DNA from: Octopus sinensis
Lineage: Eukaryota
Direction of reading: 5' to 3'
Length of the DNA: 64,000 nt
NCBI RefSeq assembly: GCF_006345805.1
Contig: NC_043004.1
Location: 6,510,001 to 6,574,000, forward strand
Under the pieces are notes generated by a model. The model worked only from the letters and a program-made list of their open reading frames with translations, did not search any database and was not told where the DNA came from. This document shows, one piece after another, positions 39,232 to 52,700 of this stretch. The number at the start of each line of letters is the position of its first letter. Within the stretch, counting starts at the first letter, position 1. A program made the translations under genes and the position numbers.

Positions 39232-42200
39232 ATTTGTGTATGTGCCCTCACCATCACTTGATAACTGATGTTGGTGTGTTTATGTCCCTGTTACTTAGCG
39301 GTTCGGCAAAAAGAATCCAACAGAATAAGCACTAGGCTTACAAAGAATAAGTCTTGGGGTTGATTTGTTCAACTAAAGGCTGTGCTCCAGCATGGGCTCA
39401 GTCAAATGACTGAAACAAGTAAAAGAATAACTGTCTACATTATAGCAACTTGTAAAACCTAATGAACCTGGCTACTTTTGGTTTAAGAAGTCGTCTACTG
39501 TAAATGTTTATCAATCATTTTAGTACAACCATTGAATACAATTTCTTTCAAAATCTAATTCAATCTAGTCAAATACAAGTTCAATCAAGTTTAATCATTC
39601 ACTATAAACCAAGACTTACAGGTTTTATTATAGCAATAACATTTTGAACTTGAGTCTTGCTTTTAAGGGATAACAGATTCACACAGACAAATATGTACTG
39701 AATAGAAATACAAATTTACATTACTACACTCATGTGTATCTGCCTCGATAAACTCACCCATACTCATTCTAAATTCATTCAAAAACGAAAACCCTCTCAC
39801 TGTAAACCTACTACCCACATCATCATTTAACATTACTTTTTCCATGCTGGCATGGGTTGGACAGTTTGACAAGAACCAACAAGCCAGAGAGCTGCAGTAA
39901 GCTCCAGTGTCTCCTTTGGCATGGTTTCTACTGCTTACAGCTAGATTCTCTTTAAAATGTCAACCATTTTACAGAGTGTACTGGGTGCTTTTTTTCCCAT
40001 GGCATCAGCACTAGTGAAGTCCCTAAGTACCCATACGACAATACTCCTCAACTGAGTGGAACATGTACTTATTGAAAGATGTGAAAGTAGGAGAGAGACA
40101 GGAACAGGTGTCTTGCTGAAGAGGGGAATATATGGCTTGCCCATCTGCAAAGGGAGAGGGGAAATGGTGATGGCATATTCTCAAAGTACAAAGTGAATAC
40201 TAGAGAGAGAATAGGGACAGAAGGAGCTATAGGGGATGCTGAAAAGTCCCAGCTTTAAGGGTATTGTGAAAGGCCTGTTTGGAGGCTCAACCTTCCGAAT
40301 TCTTTTACAGGGCTTAGGAAAACTGAAGGATTGCTGCAATAAGTGTGTGAAGCTGAGGGGGGAAATATGTTCAATAAAATCATAATTAACTAATCCTTCT
40401 GTATTTTCTTTATCTAAAGTGAGGAACTTTTCAGCACCCCCTCATACATTCCTTCTAACCTGTCAACATTGTACCTTTGATGAACCCACTTCTTAAAGCC
40501 TAACCCACAGAGAAAAGTGTCCACTTACATTTTCCTCATCACAAATCCTCTATAATTGAAATCAAATAGTCGCTACACTAGTCTCATTCATTTACCCCCA
40601 CTTTTCACAAGTAACACACTCAGTAGCACAGTCTCCCTCATCTCAAACCAACAAAGAATTATCAAAGACATTTCAAACCAAGACCTTCCAATGCACTGCC
40701 ACTCACTACTTTTCCTTGAAATGCCAAATATCAGAAGTAAAAACTCTGGACAATTTTGTTTGTTCTCCAATATCCATGAACTTCATTCCAATCTCAATCC
40801 CACTTGTCACTTCTAAGAACTCAAAGATACACACCACACATCTTTTCCCTTTCCAATACACAAATCTCTCAAACTCTGGCTCCAGCTCATCTCAGCTGTC
40901 CAGGTCAAACTTTGTTCTAACTTCATTCCAAAAGGAAAAGTTTGTGCTTACAAAGACCACAATCTCCTTTCTCCCTTACATATCAGCAATAATGACTCCC
41001 AGTTATTCTGGATCAAAATTTCTCTCCCTCATACATCAGCACTATCTGTCACTCTATGAATCGACAATCTCTCTTCAATCATAATTCCTTTTGCTTTGAA
41101 CGTACATTTAACTTCCCTCTTCTCCCAAGTCGCTATTCTTGGTGACTTCAACATTCATCACCAGCTATTTATTGCTCTCCCTTACTTACCTCATACTGAG
41201 GCTGAAGCCAAGTCTTTTGCAATCCTCCAGCTCCGGCCTCAACAGGTCTCATCCCTTACACACATCCCACTCAAATATCCAAACACCCTTGATCTCTTTC
41301 TCACCTCCAAATCTAATATATACCAAGCCATAACCGTTTCCACATCTATTAGGTCATCTGACCACTACCCCACAGCAACTTCCAAACCACCCAGTCTAAT
41401 CAAAGCATTATGAATGAATCTGGTAGATGGAAACTGAAAAAAGAAAAAAAAAACCCATCACACTCTAATCATAGGCAATACTGTTAGAGGCTTCAAAATT
41501 GCTTCAGTTGTTGAATCTCACTATTATTGAGCGATCTCTCCAGGTTAAAGACTATCCTTAACATCACTAGGGCAAGGTCTCAATGACTAACCCACCTCTT
41601 TAGGTCTATAAATGACTTAATCTTCCAACAATTGATATTTCCTGAAGCTCAGATGAAGGCCATAATAGAATATTGCCCTCACAACTGAGACGGTCCTGTT
41701 ACTGCTGCAAACACAGACTGCATCCAGAAAAGGGACATCTAACTGACCAACATAAAGTTGTTCACACATGCATTCCAACCTCTGGTCCACAGGTATGTTA
41801 TCTCATCTCAGGCTTTTCAGCTATAATGATTTTAGCTCCTCAGTGCTGACTGGGCTCATGTGCTCTCTTCTACTCAGGCATTCCTGACCCATTTGTCTCC
41901 CCTCCCACTACTCTTGCCCCACACCCAGCCTCTCCTTCACAGAACTGAGCCTCTAGAACTCCCTTGGTTATATCTTTTTTGAAGACATTCATCATCATCA
42001 TCATCGTTTAACGTCCGTTTTCCATGCTAGCGAGAACAATTAATGCCATCAATTTCAACAGAATGTGAAGGATCCAAGCGATGCCATTTGTCAAACAAAA
42101 TAAAAAGCAAAGAAAAAAAAATTACTGTTTCGGAATTTACTAATTATTACTTACAAAGGAAGGATTCTGTGGTTTGATTCTGAAATCAAAAATAAAATAT

Positions 42201-45200
42201 GCTGTTATTTAAAGGAGTGAATACAAGACAAAATTCTGACATAGCTTCAGTATTACTTCTTAAAGTTATAGTAGCCTAATAGAATCAACAATCAACTATG
42301 TCTGGATCCTAGCTGCTGTGACTTTTTATTGCTCCTTCAAAAAAACTATGATTTATACTGAATGAATGTATCACAATCTCATATTTTGAAAAAAAATGAA
42401 ATATAAAAATTGCAAAAATAATGCTTTGAAAAACTGATTACACTAATTGGGATCAGAAAAACCTAACTGGAATACTTCATAATGAATATCAGTCATAAAA
42501 TGGACAACTTTTTGTAAATATTAGCATATATGGTTGTTTTGAATTTTAAAAAACTAGCAGCATGGCTGTGTGGTTAAGAAGCTTATTTTGCAACCAAATA
42601 GCTGTGGGTTCTGGCCCACTGTGCATTACCTTGGGCAAGTATCCTCTACTATAAGGCCAACCAACACCTCTGAGTGAATATGATAGGCAGAAATTGTGTG
42701 GAAGCACATCATGCATGTATGTGTGTGTGTATATATATGTCTTTGTAACTTTGCAGTTTTGTGGGGAAAGAGACCAATAAAATAAGTACCAGACTTAAGT
42801 ACTGTGGTCAATTCAATTTGACCAAAACCCTTCAGCAAGAGTACAAGAATGGAAACGAGACATTTTCTAACTTTCAAATGAAACTTGTAGGAAATCAAAA
42901 TGACATTTTGATATTCAATTAAAGTTTATAAACAAGAAATAGAATGCTTTATAGAAAGCTTAACCCTTTAGCATTTAATCCAGCCCTATTAGGCCAAAGT
43001 GGAGGTGCGTGGCTTAGTGGTTAGGGTGTCAGCATCATGATTGTAAGATTGTGGTTTCGATTCCTGGACCAGGTGATGCGTTGTGTTCTGGAGCAAAACA
43101 CTTCATTTCACATTGCTCCAGTCCACTCAGCTGGCAAAAATGAGTAACGCTGCGATGAACTGGCATCCTGCCCAGCTCGGGAACACATACGCCATAGAAA
43201 CCGGACCCATGAGCATGGCTAGACTTTAAAAAGGGCACATTTATTTTTTTATTAGGCCAAAAATATTCTACCGGCTTTATATTAAAACAGGCCAGATCAG
43301 GCCTCTTGCACCTACCCTACAATGTCACAAAAATAATCACATCACTGAAACTTTGAAGCTACAAGATAATGTATGTTTAATTCAATAGAATGTGAATAAC
43401 TAAGCAATACATTTGAGAGAATAATCTGAATGCTAAAGGGTTAAGCCATTAAATATTACTTGGTGAGGAAAAGTGGATATTATTTAATGTCCATTTTTCC
43501 ATGCCGGCATGGGTCAGATAGAATCTGATTAAGCAGATTTTCTATGACTGGATGCCCTTCCAGTTTCCAAGCAAGGCAATATTCCCATGGCCAGGTAAGT
43601 TTTCCATAGAAGACGGAAAATGAACAGCATCACCTGAATGATGGCAATACTTGATTATAACCATCACAGGACATTAAGACAAAGGTATACTCAAACATAA
43701 ACAGGCGTCATTCAGTTTCCTCTGCCAAACCCATTTACAAGCCTTTGGTTTGCCCAGGGACATAAAAAAACACTCGCCCAATGTGTTGCACAGCAGGATA
43801 CAAGGACCATCATCATCATTTAACATCTTCCATGTTAGCATGTGTCGGATGGTTTAACAGGAGCTGTGTCTGTTTTGGCATGGATTTTATGGCTGGATGC
43901 CCTTCCTAATGCCAACCATAGATATTAAATGATAATTTGAACCCTCTACTTTTCCCCGCCTGCATGTGTCAGATAAAATTCACTGTGACACATTTTCTAA
44001 AGTCGGATGTTCTTTTTGTCATGGATTATCACTCGACACCAAGCAAGGTAACATTTTCCCTTAGTCTGGATGAGTTTTTACAAATGTTACAAACAAACAA
44101 CACTTCTTGTATGACAAGGACACACACACACAAATAATAGGCTTCTCTTCAGTTTCCATGTACTAAATTCACTCACAAGACTTGCTTGTCCAGGGGTATA
44201 TTAGAAAACATTTGTCTCCCACCCCCACTCCTGTGTTGCATCATCATCATCACTTAACGTCCGTTTTCCATGCTAGCATGGATTGGACAATTTTGACTGA
44301 GGGCTGGCAAGCCAGATGGCTGCACCAGGCTCCAGTCTTGATCTGGCACAGTTTCTACAGCTGGATGCCCTTCCTAACGCCAACCACTCCGAGAGTGTAG
44401 TGGGTGCTTTTTACGTGCCACCTGCATGGGGGCCAGTCAGGCGGTACTGGCAATGACCTCGCTCGAATCTTTTTACACGTGCCAGTGAAGCGACGTTGGT
44501 AACAATCACGCTCAAATGGTGCCCTTTTACGTGCCACATGTATGGAAGCCAGTTGGCTGCTCTGGCAATGATCACAACGATCACGTTCGGATGGTGTTCT
44601 TGGCACCCTACTAGCACAGGCGTAAGTGCCAGTAAGGCCACTGGAATTAAACCCCAAGCTATGTGGTTGTGAAGCAAACTTCTAAACAACAGTCATACCT
44701 GCATCTACATACAGACATTTACAAGGAAAAGGCTGACCGCTATTTTGAGGCCTTGTAAGACTGATGAAGCTGACAGACAGCTAAACTTTTAAAGTCCCCA
44801 TCACCTTTTTTTTTTTGGTAAAAATAGATTCAATACTCTGTATAAATGTGTTGAGGGATCCTTTAGTTAATGCTTTAGTTTCCATGTATAACCAGACAGA
44901 GCACACAGTCATTTGACTGCAGCCATGCTGGAGCACCACCTTTAGTCGAAGAAATCAACCCTAGGACTTATTCTTTGTAAGCCTAGTACTTATTCTATGG
45001 ATCTCTTTTGCCAAACCATTAAGTTACGGGGATGGGGGGCAAGGATACAAAGACACACACATATAGAGAGAGAGAGAGCTTCTTTCTACCAAATCCACTC
45101 ACAAGGCTTTAGTTGGCCTGAGGGTATACCAGACACTGGCCCAGGGTGCCATGCAGTGGGACTGAACCCAGAACCATGTAGTTGGGAAGCAAGCTTCTTA

Positions 45201-45254
45201 CCACACAGCCACGCCTAATTATATATATATATACACACACATATATATACATAT

Positions 45255-45291
<37 letters not shown>

Positions 45292-46335
45292 GCAATCACC
45301 ATTTAATGCTCGTTTTCCATGCTACTACAAGTTGGTCAGAATGGAGCTGGTGAATTAGAAGACTGTGCCAGACTGCTCTGGCCTGGTTTCTATTGTTGGA
45401 TTCCCTTCCTAATGCCAATCACTTTACAGAGTGTACTGGGCATTTTTTATGTGGCACCAGCACCAGAGATCAAGTAACTTGCAAGACAAGGCTCCTCTCA
45501 AATGAGTGAGGAACAGTGTGATTACATGTTAGAAATATATTTTGATTTAAAAACTCGTCTTGGTTTGTGTAAACTCAAAATTAAAATATAATTAAATGTA
45601 AGAAATTTCGAATAAAAAATCTGTAAGATCAATTTAGTGATTTGATATAAAGAAAAAATTAGACATAGGAATTTTTCCTCATGTCCTTTGTTTAAATAGC
45701 AATGGTATAAATGTTTTATTGTATGAGAAGGGGGGAGTGAAGAAAAGAAAATATATTAATAAGCTTGTCTACTCCCCTAAGGAATCTTTTCTTTAGAAAA
45801 AAGAAAATAGCCACCAGCTGGTTGAGGACACTATTCTAATCTTGCAAAGCATCTCTCTCTCTCTACCCATGTCCACAGCATTTGGCTATAGCAAGCAATT
45901 CGATTGGTTGCTCTAACAATAGGCTAGTTTCTAAAGTGCATGCCCTGTGAAGCCTTTGTCCTCTGCCTCCACTACTTACATGATTATAGTAAAGAAGTAA
46001 AGAACAGCTGAGATAATGTGAATAGAATCAGCTGTCTCCTAGAAAAACTAAGGGAGGGGACTAAGTAACAACACTAATTTAATAAACAACACATAGGTTA
46101 TAAATATTGGGTTCCACTTTGAACAAAACCATTTCCGTTACTAAAATTCATGAAAACATTTACTAAAACGAAAAAATTACTGTTAAAGAATTTAATACAA
46201 GTTTTTTATTAAAATTATACAATTTTTCATTCATATATAATTATTATACTATTAAACAGTTTGTACAAATAAACTACATGCTATAGAGTTCAACAAAAAA
46301 GCAGGGGTTAATACAATATTGTTAATTCATTATTG

Positions 46336-46406
<71 letters not shown>

Positions 46407-49400
46407 ATTATATAATGTAAAAATACCTAGATATGAAAATATAAAATCGTTTCTCATGGGAGGGCAATCAAACTCACCTATATTCCTCGGAAGGTGAATA
46501 GAACGGAGTCGGAGAGTCTTTAAAACAACCTGAGAAATACAATTATAAGGAAAGAAAAATTAAATTCTTAAAGCTAATTTAAAATGAAATAAATCGTGAA
46601 GAAAACAAATGAATTTCCCCTAGTGTAGTTAAACCACACTAAGATATCTAATACATTATAAACATCAATCATATAGACTCATGCAAGCAGATGAAGCCAA
46701 TACCATACAAACTACTTAGAATATCTTTCTTATAACAAAGAAACTCTAGAATATATTGTCATAAAAGACACTTTTATTAAATCGATAACGCTGAAAAAAA
46801 AATTTTTATCATTGATCACAAAAATTTGAAAATGATATTTGCAATGTAAGTTCGCAATTCAAAAACTGAATTCTTGATACCTGTCCCACTTTAAAATCTT
46901 GAAGAAATTAACATTAAAATTACCTGATAATATTGGCCCACTGTCCACGGTATTTAGCGATAAACGTCTTTTGGGAGTTGACCTGCAAACATATATTAAA
47001 CCATATTCACTCTGTAAATAAATAATCAGTTCGAAAAAGTCAGAATATTTATTTATTTTGATCTAAATCGTTAGCGCGCCGGACAAAATGTTTAGTGGCA
47101 TTTCTTCTGGCTCCTTACGTTCTGAGTTCAAATACCGCCCAGGTTAACTTTAACCGCATCCTTTCGGAGCCGATAAAATAGGTAACAGTTGAGCACTGGG
47201 GTCGATGTAATCGACTAACCTCTTCCCCATACAACTGGCTTGCCTTGTATCGAAATGTAAAGGTATTGACCTTTTCAAACATATACTCCAACAATTAAAT
47301 CCACCTTAACAGAACAGTAAACTACCGAAGCGTTTTGTGAGGTTACAGCCATCGGTTACCTCTCGATATCAGATTTGAAAATCGGGATAAAATTTCAAGT
47401 ATTGCTCGGTGACAACGCATAACCGGATACAAACTCCCATTGCTTAAAGGGCGTCATAACCGTTTCGGCAAGATCGTTCTTTCAATTTAAATTACATATG
47501 CTAGGAAAATAATTTTACTGGCAATTTACTAAGTTCCTACAGTGTTGTTTCAGTAAAAAGAAATTTTAAAAACTGCCTTCAAAGTACCACGATTCATAAA
47601 ATAGGAAAAGCGTATTTTTTTAACCATAATTTTTTTTTTAAATACTCTCCAAAGTTTTCGGGCTTTTCCCCCCTTTATTTCTTTTTCTTCTTTTACAATT
47701 TTACCTCCTCCACTTTCATAACCTTTTCTTTCCCATAAAAGTATGGGACTTCGAAGGACAGACAGCCATTCCAAAAATCTACCATTCATACTAACAGCTA
47801 TAACTTAATCAAAATCAGGAGATATAAAGAACCAGTTTAATTGTCCAATAAGATTTCAAAAACAGAATGACTCTTGTTAACAGCATCTCTTAAAAGGACA
47901 ATGACCCCGAAAGAAACGCATAAAGACTGACGTTACTCAATGCAAGTGTCTCTTGAATAAAACTTTAAAATCTGAAAGAATTTTCTTTTGTTCAGTTGTC
48001 TGTGGTCATGCTGGAGCATCGCTTTAAAGGGTTTTTAGTCGAAGAAATCGACCCTAGAGCCTATTCCTAGGCTCTAGTCATAAGTACTAGAGCCTAGTAC
48101 TTATTCTATCGGTCGCTTTTGCCAAACCGTTAAGTTACGGGGATCTATTCAATAGATCCAGTTACGGGGGCACACACACACACACACCAGCGATTGTCAA
48201 GCGATAACAGGGGGACAGAAACACAGAACACGTTTTTTTTTTTAAATTCTCTATTTATTGCCTCTTCTTTCTTTCTGCCGAAGAGCGTAAGCTGGAAACG
48301 TAAGACTTGCCATTTTTTCCCGAGTGTTAAAAACTAATACGCATGCGTTGCTACAAATGAAGGAATGCTACACACATGTATATACATACACACACACACA
48401 CGGCGGGCTTCTTTCAGTTTCCGTCTACCAAATCCATTCGCGAGGCCTTGGTCAGCCACGCAATGGGAACTGAACCCGGAACAATGTGATTGGGCAGCAA
48501 CCTTCTTACCACACAGCTACAATGTCTTCCAGTCCTTCAAATGAAGGACTTAACTGGCATTTAAGCTTTTATGAGCAAAAAATTTAATAAAAAATACACC
48601 TTTGAACAAATTTTAAGGAATTTCAATAAATGTTAAACCAATAATGTGGAGCAACCAGAAAGTTCATAGTTTTAAGTTGAAAATAGCGAAGTTTGCCTTC
48701 AACGAAATAGTCAAACCGATAACAATTTCATCCCCCACCACCTACATTCTGAATTTCTAAAATTCAAAACATATAAATCTGAAGAAACTACAAAAAAGGT
48801 TCCCCGATGGTGGGGGTAATACATTCGAAAACATAAGTGCGAAGGTTTGGTTGTTATTTCTAGGAGGACCAACAGCCACATATAGGTTCCCTCGCAAGGA
48901 TCGTATTTGGAATGCGGTGAACAGGGTGCGGTAATGGCGAGTTTTCAATTGCAGTACTTAGCGAATGTTTAATCTTTTACTTGTTTCAGTTAGTTATCTT
49001 TTACTGCAATCATACTGAAACACCTTGAAGGGTTTAAAGTCAAATAAATCAACCCTGTACTTATACTATCGCTCCCTTTTTGACAAACAGCTAAGTTACG
49101 AGGTGCGTAATAAGAGGTGGGGGGGAACAAACATACAGTCGCTGCCCCAGGATAATATTTACACAAAGTGCCGCGCAGTGAAACTGAACCCGATACCTCG
49201 TAGCTGTAAAACCAGTTTCATAACTACATAGCCATGCCTGCGCCTGTTAAATCACTCAGCTTCATTGTTCGACATTTTAATATTTCTAGTGCAAAAGGCG
49301 GTGGAGCTGATTGAATCGTGAGCACGCCAGATAAAATTGCTTAGCGGCTTCTCCAACATCAGGTTCTGGTTCAAATTCTACTGAGAGTCGATGAAATAAG

Positions 49401-51973
49401 TACCAATTGAGCACAGGAGTTGATATACTCCTCTTTCCCTCTCCCTCAAAATTTCAGGCTTTGTGCCTAGACTAGAAAGGTTTATTTCTAGTCCAATTAC
49501 TTTTCATTAGATATGAACTTACATTCCACAACTCATTTTACATGTATTGCTCTTTATTGTTTGAATTTCAAAACAGATTACAATACTAGCTTTTTAAGAT
49601 ATATATAGGTCATGACCATGGCAAGTTCTGTTCAGAAAGATTCCTGCACGACGAAGTTGATGACAATAAAAAAAGTGTTCATTTTGAAAAACGTGAAATA
49701 AGAGCACAATGCGTGATTTTTTTAAACAGTAACATCAAATAAATGGTAATGTTAAAATAGATTTATAAGTATAATGTCCTGAAATGAGCCATTGGATGAC
49801 CAAGGTGATCAATTTGAGTAGCAAGTTTTCCAACGGGAGACAAATTGTCATAAGGCTGAGAGACCACTGGAAGAGAGGATATCTTAAACAATTACACCTA
49901 TACAGCTGCTAATTTACCATTCTCTTATCATTTATCTTGGAAATTGTGGTTAAAATAATTGCTCATTCAATGCAATGTTCTTTAGGGACAAAGTTTCAAA
50001 TCAAGAGATTCTAGTTCAAATATTAATTGGTGAGCAATTTCAAATTTGAGCCGGAGGAGTTACTCCATTGCTCAGATATCAATTGAAACTTTACAGCAAC
50101 TTTTACCAATTTACGAACGTAGTCGACGTTTATGGCGCGAATTAGTTATTCAAACAGGTGACATAATTACAAGTGCATGTAAATAGAGGACAAAACTGGA
50201 TATGTACAATTCGTCATCAGTTAAGAGCCGACTTGTTCAGTAGCATATATACTCACAAGTCATGGTCCTGCATGAGAACACGACTTCATTTACTGACGGA
50301 TGCTGAACAAAAAGGAAAATGACAGTAAAATATAAAAAAAGTTTAAGACTGAAAGTTAGTCATGACTGGTTATGAACCCTAACGGATTTTTCTTTCTTTA
50401 AATCTTACAAGTAAGCTTTGCAATATAAAAAAAAATATTTCCTCCCAAATTCGTCGTTTTTGAAGAACGGGTTTATCAAAATATTTTGTTTCCAAGCTGA
50501 GAAACAAAGAAAGCAATGATTAAGCCGGTTATATGAATCAGTACATAGTAATAGATGGGATATTTTTTTTAAAAAAGTAGTTTCAGCAAAAAAATAACTA
50601 GGAATTTTTTTAAATTTAGCGAATTACTTTTGACTAAAGAAATTCAATTTTTTAATGAATTTTCATTTGGCAATAAGTCAAGAATAATAATACAGAACAC
50701 GAGACCAGAGAATTTTTAAAGCCCTGCTCAAAACTAGATCTTGAAAAAAATATTGCATCACTTAATGTAATCAACTTAGTTATGAAATATACCAATTGTA
50801 TTTCGTTAGAAAGGGTTTTTATATTGCAAAATAGATAACTTCAGAGTAATTAGATTTGAAATCAATATACATAATAAATTCCGATATTTAGAAAGTACTA
50901 AACTTAAAAACTAAGGACAAAAAAAGAGAAGGCTGGATTTTCTTATTTAATATTTTATTGGGTGATTATTATGTGGCCAAGAAAGTAAAGCGCTCCGGTT
51001 AACTCAATGTATTTCAACATCTATGTTCCTCTCCAAATCCTGCCGAGATCGACTTTTTTTAATTTTATTTTTAAGCGTCGATAAAGTAGAATCGATCCAA
51101 CTGACTTGAACCATTTAGTGAACTAATCAATTTTCAAACTTTGATAAGCTACATATAGGGCAGGCGGAGATGGGGGGGGGGAGACAATTTCAAATTTGAA
51201 ACCCTGACATTGTTTGTCGGTATTCCGAAAACAAACCACTGGTGAGAGGACAGTAAAGCAACACTTTCCTGGAGAAATGGAAAGAGAGAGAACGAGAGAG
51301 AGAGAGAGAGTAAAGCAACCCCCTTTATATCCAAGACTTAGGCCAGAACTAATTGAAACGTGATCAGTGTCAGTAGCGAGAGAGAGAGAGTGAGAGGAAT
51401 TCACACCGATTGGTTGACACCAAACAAACCAACAACTTTAAATTCGTTGTCTTTAGGGAAATTAATTCACACATGCAACAATAATACACCAAATAAAACG
51501 TGCTAAGACACGTGAATATAACACTTTCCGTTTATGAATGTCCTCAAATTAATTTTACTCAAAATAAATATACAAAACGCAACTAAAAATAGAAAAACAA
51601 CGCTAGAAAAAAGTTTAGTGTCCAAAATTAAAAGATATATTAAACAGGTAAATCATGCTAATTTATAAATTACTTTTGGTAATTATACAGTAAGCGTTAG
51701 ACATACAAGGAATAAAATAAAAATTATTCGTCAATTCTAAATAATTTCGAAGAGTTTCATCAAGAGAGGCAACAAAAAGAAAACAAAATTAAACACCATA
51801 TGATGAAGTTTAATTATAAAAAGAAAAATAATTTACCTGTCAGTTCTAAGTTCACTTAGGTTCATCGCCAGATTTGTAACAGGGGAATGCAAGTTTCCAT
51901 TGTTTTCGCCTTTAGTTATCGACGAATTACAATCTAAAGCCATTAGTTGTAACGATCTTCCAAAATTAGACAT
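13542..51973 (-). CDS. CDC25: M-phase inducer phosphatase Cdc25/string, complete, 14 exons, 470 aa
   Basis: Exons: 51973-51837, 46982-46924, 46529-46478, 42179-42155, 36116-35985, 34377-34276, 34161-34048, 30449-30315, 28431-28327, 28220-28158, 20507-20409, 17849-17716, 16096-15979, 13679-13542. All GT-AG with consistent phases; total 1413 nt. Motifs: [29 protein letters not shown], catalytic [40 protein letters not shown]. Confidence 0.96.
13752..13962. repeat. Long inverted repeat (about 87-bp arms, 36-nt loop)
   Basis: 13752-13840 is the reverse complement of 13877-13962 apart from about 5 substitutions and one small indel. Confidence 0.9.
19055..20291 (+). mobile_element. piggyBac transposase C-terminal remnant and right end
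   Basis: [13 protein letters not shown]...[17 protein letters not shown], then after a frameshift RPGNKWRYL; ends aaaggg|TTAA (20292-20295). Confidence 0.85.
20603..21850 (+). mobile_element. Older degraded RTE LINE fragment (endonuclease end to RT start)
   Basis: Colinear with 22515-23830 ([30 protein letters not shown]); many stops. Confidence 0.9.
22236..26149 (+). mobile_element. RTE-clade LINE, 5'-truncated and frameshifted, with VNTR-containing 3' UTR and (GAT)n tail
   Basis: APE endonuclease ([25 protein letters not shown]); RT ([37 protein letters not shown]); ORF ends ...[12 protein letters not shown] at 25036; about 5 frameshifts or deletions. Followed by (CAAAT)n, tandem array, hairpin and (GAT)n. 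Antisense within a Cdc25 intron. Confidence 0.93.
25085..25981 (+). repeat. GC/CpG-rich minisatellite, 15 x about 60 bp with A/B higher-order structure
   Basis: CGTAAAA recurs 15 times about 60-62 bp apart (one shorter unit); two unit types mostly alternate. Confidence 0.95.
26490..27375 (+). mobile_element. CR1-like LINE 3' fragment (RT C-terminus and tail)
   Basis: [55 protein letters not shown]; (ATT)n tail. Confidence 0.9.
28729..28935. mobile_element. Mariner-type MITE
   Basis: TIR-like tacgagaggatgctgataagttc / ggaacttttcagcacctc; an inverted sister copy lies at 40228-40446. Confidence 0.7.
33491..33886 (+). mobile_element. tRNA-derived SINE family A, well-preserved example (many further copies in window)
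   Basis: A box TGGCTGTGTGG, B box GGTTCAGTCCC, internal (GT)n, (AAAGAGT)n tail. Other copies include about 1690-2080, 3571-4110, 10130-10480, 38793-39428 and 47990-48500. Confidence 0.85.
35135..35907 (-). mobile_element. Internally deleted Tc1/mariner element with both TIRs
   Basis: TA|cagggtgggtgaaaagtaa ... ttactttccaaccaccctg|TA; minus-strand transposase C-terminal remnants ([19 protein letters not shown]...IP). Confidence 0.85.
36350..36915 (+). mobile_element. Cluster of tandem RTE 3'-end fragments
   Basis: Hairpin-(GAT)n tail, then two RTE ORF-terminus-like segments ([11 protein letters not shown] near 36541; [14 protein letters not shown] near 36680) and a second tail. Confidence 0.7.
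38830..39044 (+). mobile_element. SINE family B nested in a SINE A head, 18-bp TSD
   Basis: ggtaagaagtttgcttcc at 38812-38829 and 39045-39062. Confidence 0.9.
40228..40446. mobile_element. Mariner-type MITE (same family as 28729-28935, opposite orientation)
   Basis: TIRs aggggatgctgaaaagt / aacttttcagcaccccct; interior matches the reverse complement of the other copy. Confidence 0.7.
41095..41960 (+). mobile_element. Old CR1/L2-like LINE remnant (APE endonuclease)
   Basis: [13 protein letters not shown]...[13 protein letters not shown] motifs; broken frames. Confidence 0.75.
42964..43440. mobile_element. TTAA-flanked MITE containing a tRNA-SINE (family C, 42999-43249)
   Basis: TTAA|ccctttagcatt ... 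aatgctaaaggg|TTAA. SINE has A box TGGCTTAGTGG, B box GGTTTCGATTCC and TSD tattaggccaaa (42987-42998, 43250-43261). Confidence 0.88.
44230..44640 (-). mobile_element. RTE 3'-UTR fragment with a few diverged VNTR units
   Basis: Reverse (GAT)n tail and CCATGCTAGCATGG hairpin, followed by decayed ttttacgtgccac units. Confidence 0.8.
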
Positions 51974-52299
51974 TTGAAGAGTTTAAACGATGGTGCTCAG
52001 CTGAAATTCGATATATTTACGATATAACAAGCAAGAACTACTCAAACTAGACTTTCTGGTAACTTCAACAGAAATTTCTTGTTAACGCTGTCCTCGTGTC
52101 TCTAAATCTCTCCAAGAGGGTTTAATACCGATTATTTCAACCACAAAGAAGTGTTTAGTAAATAGCTGTAGGCGTGATTAAATAATTTTTAAAAAAAAAA
52201 CTCATTCAACCTTATTTTTTTTTCTACAAACTAAAGAGGCACAGGCGTTTTGTGGGGGGTTTTTTTGTTTGCTATAGGGTAAATAAATAAACGTTACAA

Positions 52300-52700
52300 A
52301 TAGTTATTATCGCAGATGACGTGTAAATGTACATTCGTGGTTTTTAACGCCAATTCGGTGTGCTAAAAGAGCACTAGGGTGGCGACTGGCCTAAGATTAT
52401 CTTGGTCAACTAACAAGGATTACTTAGAAAACGTCGGCGCCACAATTTTCAAACATAAATTTATTCGAGCCAATCAACAACCAGCATTTACACAGCTCCC
52501 CTTATTGCATATAGTTATACACACTTGAAAATTAAAATCTCCAGAAAAATATATTTTGTTCATTTACACCCGTCTTAATTGTGATTTCGATTCTAAATCT
52601 AGACTTTATATAAAAAAATAATTCGATGTTTTATTTTGATTTTGAGTCCGAAGCGCATGCGCCATGTTTGGCGGGAACTTATCAGTTGATTACCAGTCAT
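52300..52700. promoter_or_regulatory. Cell-cycle promoter motifs between divergent Cdc25 and SLBP-like genes
   Basis: E2F TTTGGCGGGAA 52667-52677, NRF1 palindrome GCGCATGCGC 52653-52662, CCAAT 52350-52354 and 52470-52474, CHR TTTGAA (minus) 52448-52453 next to GGCGCC. Confidence 0.65.

Noticed and set aside
42999-43075. tRNA-like A/B boxes here and in other SINE heads
   Set aside because: They run into SINE bodies with TSDs; I could not fold a complete cloverleaf.
44752-44800. Second hammerhead-like motif CTGATGA-AGCTG acaga CAGCT-AAAC ttttaaa GTC (+)
   Set aside because: G12 is missing and stem I does not pair; at best a decayed relic.
46880-46923. In-frame alternative donor extending Cdc25 exon 2 directly to the micro-exon
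   Set aside because: The exon at 46529-46478 has stronger sites and resolves the phases; no further support.
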